Assembly (NCBI GenBank): GCA_976226885.1
Contig: OZ320323.1
Span: 28,210,001 to 28,274,000 of the forward strand
Origin: Iphione sp. A-MEVVRFRX5
Taxonomy: Eukaryota
Reading direction: 5' to 3'
Length of the DNA stretch: 64,000 nucleotides
In this document: piece after piece, positions 10,915-24,128 of the stretch
Layout of the letters: each line of letters starts with the position of its first letter
How positions within the stretch are numbered: position 1 is the stretch's first letter
Notes under the pieces: model-generated
Database searches by the model: none
What the model saw: only the letters and a program-made list of their open reading frames with translations
What the model was told of the DNA's origin: nothing
Position numbers and translations under genes: made by a program

Positions 10915-12270
10915 TTTTTTTTTATTTTTCTTTATTTCACCTGATATTTATATACAATAAGTACGATTTCTCAGGTCTCTTTCATATCATGTTTACGAGT
11001 GTAGTGTATTTACAGGAGGTGTTGTTATTTGCATATATACATATCTATACATACTTTGATACATTATGTACAGTAGTATGGTTATTATGATATGAGTACG
11101 ATAATGGGTGAATGCTGACGCGGGTAGATGTTACCTTCATTCTTATTGTCAACTTTCCCTCCTAGACATTGCCCAAGGAGTACGCTATAGCCGTAAATTT
11201 TGAATCTCACTGTTGCAATTAACATCACGTTTCATTACATTCGACTGTTGTTACGATGGGTCCTTGACAGATATTAAAGCCTTCCAGACATAGCCCAGGA
11301 AGATTACCGACTGTCCCATAGACTGATATGCCCAATGGGAGTTGATGGCACCATTTACAGTTGTTCTTGTTGTTTTAAGAGTAGTTTGACTCGTTTATTA
11401 AATTCCTTTTTGGGACAGCTCGTTATCGACACCGGTAGACTATTCCACATCTTTCCTCCAGCATATCCTATACTCTTCTTGAATGCTTCGTAGTTAGGTT
11501 TCTCGATTACAAATCTTGGCTTTGCATCATTCCGTGTTTTCATGTTGTTAGACTTGGTGGTCTGTCCTAGGGAGTGACGGCTGTACATTATTGAGAGAAC
11601 CCGGAAATTCCTTCTTGTAGAGAGATTGCTGATGTTAGCGTCCTTTTTCGCCTGGGACGATCGTATCGGGTGATTGTAGATGGTTCGTATTACTTTATTG
11701 TACATCTGTGCCAGGCGCTGGAAGTTTTGAGAATTTTCTCTGGTGAACAGTATTACACCATATTCCAATTGTGGCAATATTGTCGTTTTCACTATCAGTA
11801 TTCGATCCTTGAGGGTTAGCAGATTTTTCAATTTTCTAAACAGGAACAGCTTCCTACTGACTCGCGATAGAACTGAGTCAGTATGCTTTTCATAGGACAT
11901 GTTGTTGTCAATCAAGACCCCTAGATACTTGTATACGGGGACATGTTCTAAGGTGTAATTATCGTAGAGTATGTTAGGTGGGTCTCTTACTGGGTACCTA
12001 TATCGATACCACATGGCCTTTGTCTTTTCTCTGTTAATACAGATTCTATTGTCGGTTGTCCATTTATGGATTGCACTAACGTCAGTTTGGATGCGTTCTG
12101 TGGCCTGGGTTCTTGTGTCGCCGATTGCAGTGATCACCATGTCATCTGCATAAAGTATAGTTTTGCTAAATTTGCAGACTTGTACTATTGGGTCGATGAA
12201 GATAGTGAATAGAAGTGGACCCAGTATGGATCCCTGTGGGACACCGCAGGTTATTTTTGTTTTGTCTGAT
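10915..12270 (-). mobile_element. 5'-truncated non-LTR retrotransposon (CR1/L2-group LINE)
   Basis: RT motifs CGVPQGSILGPLLFTIFI and LYADD, then YKYLGVLID; frame open to the stop at 11355; 3'UTR ends in AATAAA and an A-rich tail at ~10915-10937. Confidence 0.9.
11355..12268 (-). pseudogene. LINE ORF2 C-terminal fragment (RT thumb and C-terminus)
   Basis: The 261-aa ORF 11355-12140 extends upstream in frame through YADD and GVPQGS. Confidence 0.88.
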
Positions 12271-13067
12271 ATTAATCATATATATGTAACATAGGAAGTT
12301 AGTTTTAAAAGATGTGCTCCAGTAGAATTAATTACAGCAGTACGTCAGTGCCCTCACCAAAATATGTATGGAAAACACAATCATCGTTGACTTCTAGAAA
12401 TAGAGTGAAGTTTAACTTATTTATCCTTCCATGGTGATCCTCCTCGTTCAGTTTTTTCCTCCGAAAGGAACGGTTAGTTCTGGGCCTCGAGTGCCCTTAG
12501 ATATGAACGGATTCAGGTCTTGGTCTGCCTAGGATGCTAAGGGATTCCGTGTTTGATTAAGCTGCTAGGCTGAGAGTAGGGTGGGACACAAGTGTCTCGG
12601 GTCAAAGCTAGGAATACAGCCATTGCGCCGGAGGGCTGGGATTATTTCATCTTTAGACCACTCCTTTATCGAATCCCTCGTGTAATAGTCCGTCTACTAT
12701 AGAGTTTTATGGTTGGGAGAAATTTTCTCAGTAACACATGGTAACTTGTATAGTCGTGTATGTTCCAACATAAATATCTATGAGAAAGAGGTGTTATATC
12801 AAAATGGAAACCACAAACTCATATTGACAGATATTGTGGTATACAATTAATATTTTTATTCTTCACACATAATTCACTGCTTCCAAACAAGGATCAAGTT
12901 GAATTCACATGAAAATATTTTCGTAATTGACCGCACAGCAGTATCTTCGCTCTCTTCTTTTTCCTCTATATCTTCCATACATCCTTTCATGTTGCTCACC
13001 AGTCCTCCTGTTATCTCTTTATCCCGACCTACCCAGTTCTTTATCCCTTTCGACTGCTCTCCTGCTC

Positions 13068-13140
13068 TCTTCTTCTTCTTCTTCTTCTTCTTCTTCTCCT
13101 TCTTCTTCTTCTTCTTCTTCTTCTTCTTCTCCTTCTTCTC
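13068..13140 (+). repeat. (TTC)n microsatellite
   Basis: Direct reading. Confidence 0.95.
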
Positions 13141-14885
13141 TCATCACATGTTTTGACCTCTCTTTCCCCCTCTTTCTCCTTCCTCTTGACTCTTTCCGTC
13201 TCTCTTTTTTCCTTATTTTTTTTTCATCTTGCCTCCCGGCGTATCTTTCCTCGTGCGTCAGTGCCGCTCGGGTTTCCGGGTAGACTACTCTCACTTTGCT
13301 CTTTTCGCCATTTCACTGCATGCCGTTTTCAGCGATCATCGCGCTGCCGTTAGCATCTCTCGTCACTAGATGGCGAGGTCTTCCGGCTGACAGTTGACCA
13401 ATGCATGCGCATGCGTAGATGGACGGGCCCTGTTGGCAGAGTGATGCCTTTATCGTGCCTTCCTAGGTTTGTTTTCCGTTCATCAATGTGTGCAAACCAC
13501 TGTTCAGAATAAATTCACCTTGTTGAAAACAATAAATAAGGTCCCTGTTTAGGTTCTTGTTTCGGTGATACGAAACAATCCTCGAGCAATAACTAGTATC
13601 ATAGTTGCGTATCAGAAAACTCATTTAAATAAGTCATTTATACAGGGAGCCCAATTTCACATTGTTAGAAATACTATTTTGATTCGTAGCAATCGCTATC
13701 AGGCATGACTTTCACCGATTAGAGAAGTAAAAATAAACGAAATGTTGCATACATCCGCAAAAAACAACGAAAACGATTTCTGCAAACGTTTCGTCAAAGC
13801 AGCTTTTAAGGAAATTATTTGCAGAAAATGTGTTCACATCTCAGGGAACCTGAATATCTAATCAGAAATAGCTCGAAATTAATTTCCTCAAAATAGAACT
13901 GTATGTGCTTTTGAAAAACAGCTCTATTGACTATAATATTCCAAACAGATCCTTGCCATTCATGCTAGGTTCTTTAAGTTATGGTCGATATGTTTCGTCG
14001 GTCGCTATGTACGTCGTTAAGAGGGCATAGTTCAGCCTGAAGGCCGGAAGTAAACCCGGAAGGCGACTATTCCCATCAGGCCTTTAGGATGTTAGGCGCG
14101 GGATATATTGGCCTCTTTCGGTTTATCGCAGGTTACATCCACTCCCGCAAGGGGTAGCTCACTGTGCATTCGTCGTAACAGATTTATAACCCCGTTAATT
14201 GTCTTTTGTTTCATAGAATAGAGATGCGTGCAAGCATCTGCTGAGTGCGCAAGATTTGACTTGGCCTCGCCTCACCTATGCGAATAGCGTACCTGATCCT
14301 TCCTTAGCATCATATGGGTATATTTATCTCTCGCAATATCGGTTTATATGTGGTACATGTACTTGTCAAATCCCAATCACACTATCTCATATGTCATACC
14401 GTTTATGTCTTTGGCTATGCCATTAATTGTTATTAGCGTCCAATCCGGGTTATATAAAGGTTTTGCCTTGCACTGGCCTTTCTGCTACTATCAGAGTTTG
14501 TTTGGTACTGGTAGATAAGACTACATTCATGAGTTTTGAAAATGTTATCAAAACATGAGTTCACTTTCTCAAACCATGTCTTTACATAATAATACATACC
14601 TCATCTTCACACAGGTTACATATGATACCAATTTATTTAATCATATTAACTATAAACAGTGCAAGAGTGTGATGTACATTATATAAAAGTTAATTCAAGC
14701 GCATGTTTTTTTTCTATTTTCTATGAAAGTTTGTAAATGATGCAGCCCACCTACCACAGTGTTTATATTACAATTCTGAACTAGCAGGCTTTCTCAATAT
14801 CTATATACACTGTCAAAGCATCATTTGATGTTTCAAGGTTATGCAGCAGTCGACCAACAGACTCAGCACTGTCTGAAATGTTTTT

Positions 14886-15521
14886 TCAGGAATTGCCGAT
14901 GCTGAGATACACATCGTAGTTTTCATACATGCCAAATGCGACAGCGCTGAATGAACACAATTGGATCCACTGCCTCAACACTGTGGTACCCATTAAACTC
15001 AATGTCATAGGTGCTACATCACTAGAGTATGATCCCTGACCAGGAGCACCACCAGACATAGCCATGTTTATAAGAATTGACTTGTTAACTCCGGTGGATA
15101 GGCCCCATTGGGGGCAATACCATTTAGGTGTTAGACAGTTGGACTTGTGGCGAAACATTGTTACCTCAAACCACCTCGCCAAAGAGTTTACAGCCCTGTT
15201 GGGTCCCAACTGTCTGAATGTAAATAATTTGTCTAATGTAAATATTTCTGATGAGACTACATTGTTGAAACCCTAAAACCTTGTCTTAATGCATAGATCA
15301 GGGCAAATAATTATCAACCTAAAACAAGAACCAATTTTGATTTCAATAACATCAAAATAGGCAAGGAACAGTTACCTAAGCAATCCATGTTGTTGCTTCC
15401 CTTTCCCTGACAACTGGATTCTATCCAACAGTGTCCCACAAGGCAGATACCCCAGACATAGTGGGACCCCATTATACACGATTGCCACGTCTACACCACT
15501 GGGTAAAATATCTACAGGTAC
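14886..15521 (-). pseudogene. Possible spliced gene remnant, exons 15521-15376 and 15213-14886, product unknown
   Basis: TTTGTAG acceptor, AG|GTAAC donor, ATTCAG acceptor; the phase-2 junction keeps ~157 codons open; upstream 15560-16030 looks like decayed coding sequence. Confidence 0.3.
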
Positions 15522-16739
15522 CTACAAATATTAAAAAGATTATGTTTGGACAAATCCTCGATGTTGCCCCCAAGCAAACATGCACCTCCATCACTACATA
15601 AGCCAGGCATATGGAAGCAGTATTTGAAGTCGCCCAACCAACAAATGTTATTTTGAAAGGCGGATTTAGAAACCATTCGGCCAGTCAGACTCAGATAAAG
15701 AACTGTAAGTGACAGGCCTGATCCTGCATCAATCATGCTTGATCCTCAGTCATTGTGTGTCTTGTTTCTTGCACAATGTCTCCTGATGAATGACCATCAT
15801 GAACGAGCTCCAATAGACCCTTGGTCCTGGCTACTTTGCACTTCTTCCTTGACGTTAGGAGGTCGTCACATAGCAGAAATGAATCATAATGAAAAGATCG
15901 AGAGACGAAATCTCCGTGGCTCCAATTGCTCTCTTAATGTCAAGAATTCTTTCCATTTGGTTTGTGACAGGCAGCAACATGCGAACGATATGTACCACGG
16001 AAAGGTTTACATGCAAGTTGACTACGTGTGGATTGGTTATGTTAGCAATGGAAGATTCAATTAAAGATTGCTATTTGGAAACGTTAAACTTAACTGGCAT
16101 GTTCTAAAGCATAGATCTTCAACTGTTTCCATGATATCATAGCGAACAAGGGTGCACAGTTGACACCTGTCAACCATCATCACATTAACCGGATATTTGC
16201 ATTAACCATAACAAAACCAAATTATTAAATAATTTTCTGTATAAATTTTACTATTATGTTAAATCCACTGTCCACAATCAGAGTAGATTTCAAGCCATTT
16301 TGAATTAATTTATGTAGACAATAAACACAGTTAACCAGAGTGAAGCTTGTCTGATGCTGATCATTGGGTATGCAAACATGACATGCCCAGACCAGGTGGG
16401 GTAGGGTCTGTTTGAAGAACATAGCATCACTTGCTCAAACAACACAGGAAATTCACTGATGCGGAGAGACTCACAAACAAAGGCAGACTGGCAGGGGACT
16501 TGCAAAGCCATATCACATATGGGTATCAATGTGTGTTTTTAGGGAACAACAATATCCACCAGGAGGTCGTCCCGGGGCTATTGTATTTGTGATGTCCAGT
16601 TGTCTTGACCAAGGCATCCTTCTGGGCATGCAAATGGGCATAAAAGAAGGAGTTTTGGGACAATCTGGATTTATTTCTCCAGGAAGCTTTGACATTTCAC
16701 AACCACCAAGCAAACACCGCAGGATATGCATCACAAACA

Positions 16740-18660
16740 ACCAGAAGAAAGAACCCTGGAGTATCACAGACAGAGCTCAGCTTGAAATTCTCCTCGCAAT
16801 AGGGGTTTGCTCTACCCAGATCAACACTGTCAGACATCTTGAAGAGATCATCCCATTGGATGGGTATGTCCAGTGACAAGGGCAACCTATGTCATCAACA
16901 CTCACCAACAGAGGTCAGATTTGAACAAGCCTTGTCTATCTGGTTCAGTGATGTATGTGGTCAGGGTGCTATTCTAAGTGACAATATGCTCATCATGAAA
17001 GCAAGATGTCTACGTGGGCAACTGGGTTTGGCTGATTTCAATTAGAGCTGAGGCTGGCTTGGTCCTTTCAAGACAAGAAATAACATTAAGTGCTTCAAAC
17101 AGCATAGCAAGTCTGTGTCAGCAGATCTTACCCAAGTTGAAGAGGGTCGCTCATCCCTCCAGGAGGAATTGTCTGGTTTTGACCCCACCAACATACAGGG
17201 GAAACTCGCTTTGCGACCACCACTTGGGTCGGCCCAAAATGGTCGTAATTCTGAATATGGTCCCAAAGTGATTGTGTATGGGGTCTGGGCTTGAAATCAT
17301 ATCCCTTTCTCCCTCTCTCTTTATTAACATATGAAACGTCCAAAAAGTGCTGAATTGGACCATTTGACCTGCGACCACTGCTGGCAGACCCTCTCCAGGG
17401 TGAGAGACCATCAAAGACGTCGGAGTTGACACCCTCGACCACTGCCGGCCTCACCCCTCCAACGTGTGAAACCATCAAAGACGTTGCAGTTGACACCTGC
17501 GACCACACCTCCAGGGTGAGGCGGTCGTATAGTGATATTAAAATGTGCTGAAAACGACCCTAGGAGGTGTGGTCGCAGGGTGAATTTGGTCGCAAAGCAA
17601 TATGGTCGCAAAGTGATATGTTATCATATGGTAAATGTACTAAAATTGCTTCCGTTCCGACCCAAAATGGTCACAATAGTCGATTTGGTCGCAAAGTGAG
17701 GAGGTCGCAAAGCGAGTTTCTCCTGTATACAGTGTGGATGAAACTTGACTCCTTTATCATTTGAAGCCTACCTCCACCCTCTCCACTGCTGCTCTCAAGG
17801 AGGAGAAGAGGAGTAAAGATCAAATCACTGTTGTATTGCCGAGCAATGCGACAGTAGATTTTGTCCCCTGGGTACAGGTAAATGCTTCTTCAGGGGTTTG
17901 ACCGTGGGATATATGTTCGTTATCGTCACAACCAAAAGGCATGGATAACATTCACATTCTGGCATGACTGCCTCCATATGTTGAATCAATGAGCGAAAGG
18001 CCAGGTACAATCTCACCTGGAAATTCGTCCCCCCAAACACAACTGCCCATGTACAGCCCTTAGATGCTTGTATCATCGCCTCTTTCAAAACACATTACAG
18101 GAGGAGGCTGGTGAGACATTTTCTGGATTGTGTAGAAAGTGATGCCCCCATGGTCACAAATCTCAGGAAGGCCATCCTGACGCTTGCTGAAAGCCTGGGC
18201 ATCTGTGAGATCAACCACCATCCAGAGGTACTGGGATTATGTGAATATCCTCCCAAGCCAAGGCAACACCACATCTGAAGATAACTACTCAGATGAAGAT
18301 AATCTCCTTTGTCTGAACTCCAGACACTGCTCCAGGCCATGCCCGGTGAAGGTGGGCAACCACTGATGCCTGCCAAGGAGTATGCCCAGGTAGACTCTGA
18401 GGCTGAAACAGCTGGAGATTTGACAGATGGGGCCATCCTGACTCTTGTGACTCAGCCTCAGGTGACAAAGGATGACACTGAGGACATTACCCCAGCTCCA
18501 ATCACCCTAAACGAAGTCACCAAGTCAGTAGACATTCTTGTCAGGCTCTGTAAGGAGCAGCAAGATATCACTAGGATACCATTCCTCAGGGATCTGTTAC
18601 AGAATGCCCAGAAAACCCAGAAGAGTAAAAGACAGACATTCATCCAGGTTTCTTTAAGTG
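16740..18660 (+). pseudogene. Decayed pogo/Tigger (CENP-B-like HTH + DDE_1) transposase
   Basis: FEQALSIWFSDV...GWLGPFKTRNNI HTH; NIY|SVDET split by a MITE; PPNTTAHVQPLDACIIASFKTHYRRRL; AWASV; KRQTFI tail; several stops and frameshifts. Confidence 0.85.
17196..17725. mobile_element. Tc1/mariner-pogo type MITE (530 bp), TA TSD
   Basis: TIRs CAGGGGAAACTCGCTTTGCGACC / GGTCGCAAAGCGAGTTTCTCCTG; TA on both sides; removal restores AAC ATA TAC AGT GTG GAT GAA ACT (NIYSVDET). Confidence 0.92.
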
Positions 18661-20096
18661 CAAATAAGCACAATGTCTTCGGGTATGCCTATGTATATTT
18701 TTTTTAATATATATTTTCCCTATTTTTCCTATGGTTAATTCATCTGTCTAAACCAGTAAACACTTCCATGCACTGTACTTGTATGTATTGACAATAATAA
18801 ATGGCCTCACCCATAACTACAATTGAATGTGTCATTTTTCAACTTTCCGAAACATTACTTAATTTATTATATTTCTTACATACTTACTGTTATGCGTGTT
18901 TTACCCACCAGGAGATGCTCTGGTAGCATTTAAAATCAATACAGATCAATATAAACCCATATCGATAATGTTCTCATACTTTACTATTATGCAAATTTTC
19001 CCTGCCAGGAGACACATGGGTAGCGATCGTCTCCAGCTAATAAGTCTATACTGTATTGGATGAAGAGATAATCTTGTGTTTAGTCCCAATGTCAGTTTAA
19101 AGTCTCTCGAAGCTATTTGTAATCCTTTTGTCAGCTGTCTCTGCAATCTTCTGAATAGTATGCAAGAGGTATCATTGATTTTATCTATACCATAATCATG
19201 AACTGAGTTGCAAAATCACACACTGAGTCAGCAGTTATTATACCACAGCCTCCTGGGATTGTCAGCCTGGATGTGGCCCTGAGAAAGGCCTTCTTTCCAA
19301 ATACCTGTGTATTATTGTTGTTTGTCACCATGTTGTCGACGTGCTTTTTGGTAACAGCAGGAGTGTATATATGCATGTTTGTATTGTGTATGGTGTAGCT
19401 TATGTGCATGTATCACAGGGAGACTTTTCATAGGCTTCAGCTACACACTACACAGGTACCTGAGATAGGAGAATTTATAGCTCTGTATGTATTAAGCTGT
19501 TCTGGAAATAATTCATATACATGTAGTATATTCCACCACTATATTGTATCGTCTGGTAAAGACTTGCCAAATCAGAAGTGCAAAAAGGGCATGAATCATT
19601 TCTGTTCATTTTTGAAAGAAATTATTATTATCCAATGGAATGTTTGCCGCTTAAGGTAAAATTCAGTCATGTTGACATCAGGACTTCCACCCATATGAAG
19701 AAAGCTATCTTCTTACGCGCAGCAGGTCATGTTTCCCCGTTTTTAACCATGGAAAAACCATTACTATGACGACGGGATGAGGAAGAGAAGAGAACGTAAG
19801 GGTTGAATGTTGTTAGCTAAATATGAATAATTCCTTCTGCGTAATGCATACCTATGGGTGTGATAAGAAAGTCAAAGTTCTGTAGAAGAGTCTTAGGCGG
19901 AATTCCCAGCCAACACAGAAACGTTTTAAAAATATTGTAAAAACGTTGTAAAAGACATTGTAAAAACGTTGTAAATGAAAGTTTGTATCATGTTTTCCTA
20001 ACCTGATATGAAAATGTTTTAGGACTTTTTTTAAGAAAACGTTATAAAAACTTTTTTTAAACATTTGAAGAACAGGTATGAAAAAAGAATGAGAAG

Positions 20097-20173
20097 TCTG
20101 GTCAGGGTTTGAACCTAGATTCATACACCTCCCCTGACAAGGCTGGCACTCTCATCCACTGCTCCACAGCGGC
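20097..20173 (-). other. tRNA-derived sequence (A and B boxes) inside the TIR element
   Basis: Minus strand TGGAGCAGTGG ... GGTTCAAACC. Confidence 0.5.
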
Positions 20174-20214
20174 TGTACAAGGATAGAAGCATGATTCGTT
20201 CATTCATTGCAGGG

Positions 20215-20490
20215 TTGGCTGCTCTCCTGTTGCTCTCAGACGTCCCCACACCTCGCCAGGCCTCCTCTTAAGCCTTGGCCGCTCTCCTGTCGCTGTCAGA
20301 CGTCCCCACACCTCATCAGGTGCTACATGTATACTCGGTCATACTCCTGTCGCTGTCAGATGTCCCCGCACCTTGACAGGTATTGCCCCGGCCTTGCACG
20401 TCCTCCTGTGGTTCTTAGAAGCCCCCCGCACCTTGTCAGGTACAGCCCTGGTCTTGGTTATCCTCCTGTTGCTCTCAGAGGTCCCCAGAA
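20215..20490 (+). repeat. 60-bp tandem repeat, ~4.5 degenerate copies
   Basis: CTCCTGTYGCTSTCAGACGTCCCCRCACCT... recurs at 60-nt spacing (20221, 20281, 20341, 20401, 20461). Confidence 0.9.
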
Positions 20491-23400
20491 GTTCTAAAAT
20501 GATTGCAAACATTCTAACCAAATTACAACAGTGTTAAAAGGTTTTATAATGGTTGCAAACATTCTAACCAAATAAAAACGTTCTTAAAATGTTATAAAAA
20601 GGTTGCAAACGTTCTAACCAAATTAAAACACTACACAACGCTTTTAAAACGTTGTGTGCTGGCTGGGTTACCTCACCAACATCCTGTTTGTTCCCCACGT
20701 TGCGGAATGCTAATATATTCCACGAATCTCCATGCACCATCCTACCTGTCTGGTAATAGCTGTTTCTTTAATTGGGATATTCAATATCATTAGCAACATC
20801 CCAGAGCTTACATATATACCCGTATTTTTTATGCGCATGGGCTTAAATTTGTAACATTCTTAAGGAGTAAACTTCAGTTAACTTCAGGTATAAAAGATTG
20901 TGTGACACATTTCCGCACATTTCCCTTACTGTGAGGGGCAAGCAAATGATTTGTAGTGAATTTGATGGATAAAAGCCCCATTTGCACCAAATTTGAGGGA
21001 CAAAGGTCCGATTAGCGGTGAATTTGTGGTGATTTCTATGTGTCTGTGGGCATATAGACTATCCTTGTCTCTGCGGAACTCTGTACTAGGATTTGGGCAG
21101 AAGTACATGTACTAAGTAAGCTACAACGTGTACAGACCTTTAGAGTTGATCTAATGCATTTGTTTTATGTCTGTATGTACAAACGTATATTTTATGTACG
21201 CAGGTATATAGCAGATTCTGCATGAATCTTTGTGCACGTTTCTGTATGATTGAGTAACTGGCTCTGATAACAAGCGAATCACTTGTAATACTAAAGGCCT
21301 AATTCAAGAGCACCCACTGTGAATATTAAGAGGAAATGACACGCACCTTGTTACAGCCTAAGCCTCCTAGTAAGGACACTCGTGAAACTTGACAATTTCG
21401 AAAAGAATCAAAGGTGGTGTTATTAGGCAAAATTTACTGTACAGCTAGTGCTTAAACACGTCTGTCAATATATACCACCGTCAATAAATAAAAGGTAACA
21501 CTGAGTTCATAATCGTACAGGTACGAAAATATTTTCGTAACCTTCTTGCAAATTTACTACATCATCGACTGCTGCATCGTTCTGGGTAAACCACGTCACA
21601 GAGTTGCTATGACAGACTTATTAAACCTGTCAGCTTAGAAACAATGCAATTCTAAGCTATTCCCACACCAATAACCTATAGGGAGTGAAATATATAATTA
21701 TACTCGGTTGGACATGCACTTAACTGTGCGTGGGCTTCCTACCGGCGAAAGAGGATTTGCAGCAGGCATTATGCAATTTATGCATAACGAGTACTTCACA
21801 CATGTGATGATTTTTACATCAACTCTTCCAAACTGCTTTGACTGTAATGGGTTCCATTTTGCCTTAATTTTGCATGCGGCTATTTTTGCTCCCGCAATAC
21901 GAATTAATGACTTTTTAAGTACTAGGGATGAGAGTCAACATGGAGATGGCGATGGGTACCTGATGCTGAAAGCAGCGACAGTATCCCAGTCCTGAGGTGA
22001 GATCATAGGGTTTGGCCACTCTTTCACAAATGATTTACTTAATCGCAGTTCTGATAACAATAACTACACCAGCACTACACCTTTTTTGGAGAGTTTCGGT
22101 CTATTTTTCTTTTATTTCGACTCACTAATTGCTTGTTTGGCAAGGGTGCCATCTAAAACTATGTATTGTGCATATCTGACCCAGTAAATAGCCTACTGAG
22201 CATGCGCCTTGGATGAAAAATTTGATACTTCCTGTTTCGACTCCCTGGAAAACCCTTTAAAAAAATTAAATGTACTTCTTCTCTGATGACCTTTATGTCT
22301 TTATATATTGGTGTGCGATAGGTCAACATAACATTGACATTCCTGTCATGAAATGGTGAACGCTAACACGATAAGAATAGAAGCTGATGGCAGTCTTGAC
22401 AGGCTTATCATTTCCATTAGTGTTATTAGAGCTTAGAGGCAAATCTATCACTAAAGGAAGGGAAAATTGGATTGGTGCCTTAGCATGGAACACGAGTCTA
22501 AGGCTTGGCGTAAATATCCATCCCTCAGCTTTTACAAGGACCCAAACATTACAATTAAATATCATTAAGATGTTTAAAGGGTGGAATATTGATTGATCCA
22601 GACGCCCCATAATCAGAAGGACCCCCATTTCGTAAGATAACACAGAATCAACTCTTAAACATGGGCTTTCACGGTAATAGGTTTTTTCAAAACCTTTTAC
22701 AGCTTTGTTCTCAGTTGCTTTGATTATTTACAAGTTCATTAGATATCTGTTTAAGATGACTGGGACCAGGCAAACCATTGTTAATGTTTTAGCCATCCGG
22801 CAATGATAATTATTCACGGCTGATACATATATATCTTGCAGGGTCCATCTTTTTTATTGGGCCTAATAGGAGGTTGGTAGGTTGATAGGAGGTTGGTTTC
22901 TTATGCTACACACCACTATAAAGGAAGGTCGTTCTCTACCCAGAGCTATGTCTTGGAAGCTTCCTGATGGTAGACTAATCCACATTACCTGATGATGTGT
23001 CATTTGATGCAATCTTCTCTGCAATCATCCCTGGGGTATGATTTTGATCAGATTGCCGCGGAAACCCGAACAATCCTTACTTAATCCATCAAGAAAGCAA
23101 ACAGTATACGCATGTAGTCCCTCGCTCCCATTTTGGCAAATGGTCATGGCTCAGTGAATTATGTAATCCCTAAGGGTAACTCTGAAAGCGTTTACAGCAT
23201 TTAGTTCAGAATGTCTTTCTCGGTCATATAATCATGATGGAATTCATTGCTGATGATTTATCACGGCCGGTCGAGACTTGCGCTTATATACTGTTTGGAG
23301 ACTGTCGTGAATATAGTAGGTGAAAAACAATTTGAGACATGTATGTGACAATTCAACGCTTCGACTGAATTGATGCTTATGAGCAAAAAAACGCTTGAAT

Positions 23401-23956
23401 CTTTATTTCACATAAAGGGAATAAAGTTATCAGATATAATGCAGGGTTGGTAGTTTTTCTACCTATTCGTACGAAAATGAATAAGTGTGCGTATATGTGA
23501 ATGCCTACAATAATAGAGCAGGGCTGCAAAAATATCCATCCCCGTGTGCAGATGCGGAATGAAAAAATCATGATGCATGTGAACAGCGCCTCAGGTAATA
23601 AAACCTTATAGGGAATACTTAAAACACAATGAAAACATATTCAGATGACATTTAAGATAAATCTGAGGTACTTTTAAGCTTAGAAAATATTTTGTATAAA
23701 TATCCATGACAACAACTTAACATAGAGGTGTCATTCCCTGTAATCTATCTAAATTTTCACCATGTTACAGTTTGTAACTTTGAAAACCTTTAACATGTTG
23801 GGTTTTTGTAAATTGAGTAGAAAATTGCCGTAGACCATTGTTAGGCTCTTGAAGGAAGTAATAAAAATCAACGCCAGAGTTTTAAGAATGCTATATTGTA
23901 TCATCTAATATGACTCTCATGAGACCAACTGCCATTCCCTATCAAGTATAGTAGTA

Positions 23957-24128
23957 CAGTCGAACCTCGTTAACTGGACACCCTCCGTCACATCAATGTT
24001 TGTATGGACAATGCATATTCCGGTTAACAAAACGAGAAAACATTAAATATGATACATCCATTCCTCAAGTTAAGTCCAGATAATGCAGTTTGCCAGATAA
24101 TAAGTCTCTGGTAGGCGAGTTTCAACCG
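23957..24128. mobile_element. Short Tigger-like MITE, TA TSD
   Basis: TA-CAGTCGAACCTCG ... CGAGTTTCAACCG-TA (degenerate TIRs). Confidence 0.6.

Larger units (their letters stand above)
19905..20667. mobile_element. Non-autonomous CMC/EnSpm-like TIR element, 2-bp TT TSD, composite interior
   Basis: Ends CCCAGCCAACACAGAAACGTTTTAAAA / TTTTAAAACGTTGTGTGCTGGCTGGG; subterminal AAAACGTT repeats; TT on both flanks. Confidence 0.8.

Noticed and set aside
12899-13294. Glu-, Phe- and Ser-rich ORFs
   Set aside because: Translations of a (TTC)n microsatellite
20215-20490. CRISPR-like array or hammerhead array (the minus strand has CTGATGAG)
   Set aside because: Units are contiguous degenerate tandem copies without unique spacers, no GAAA core follows, and the context is eukaryotic
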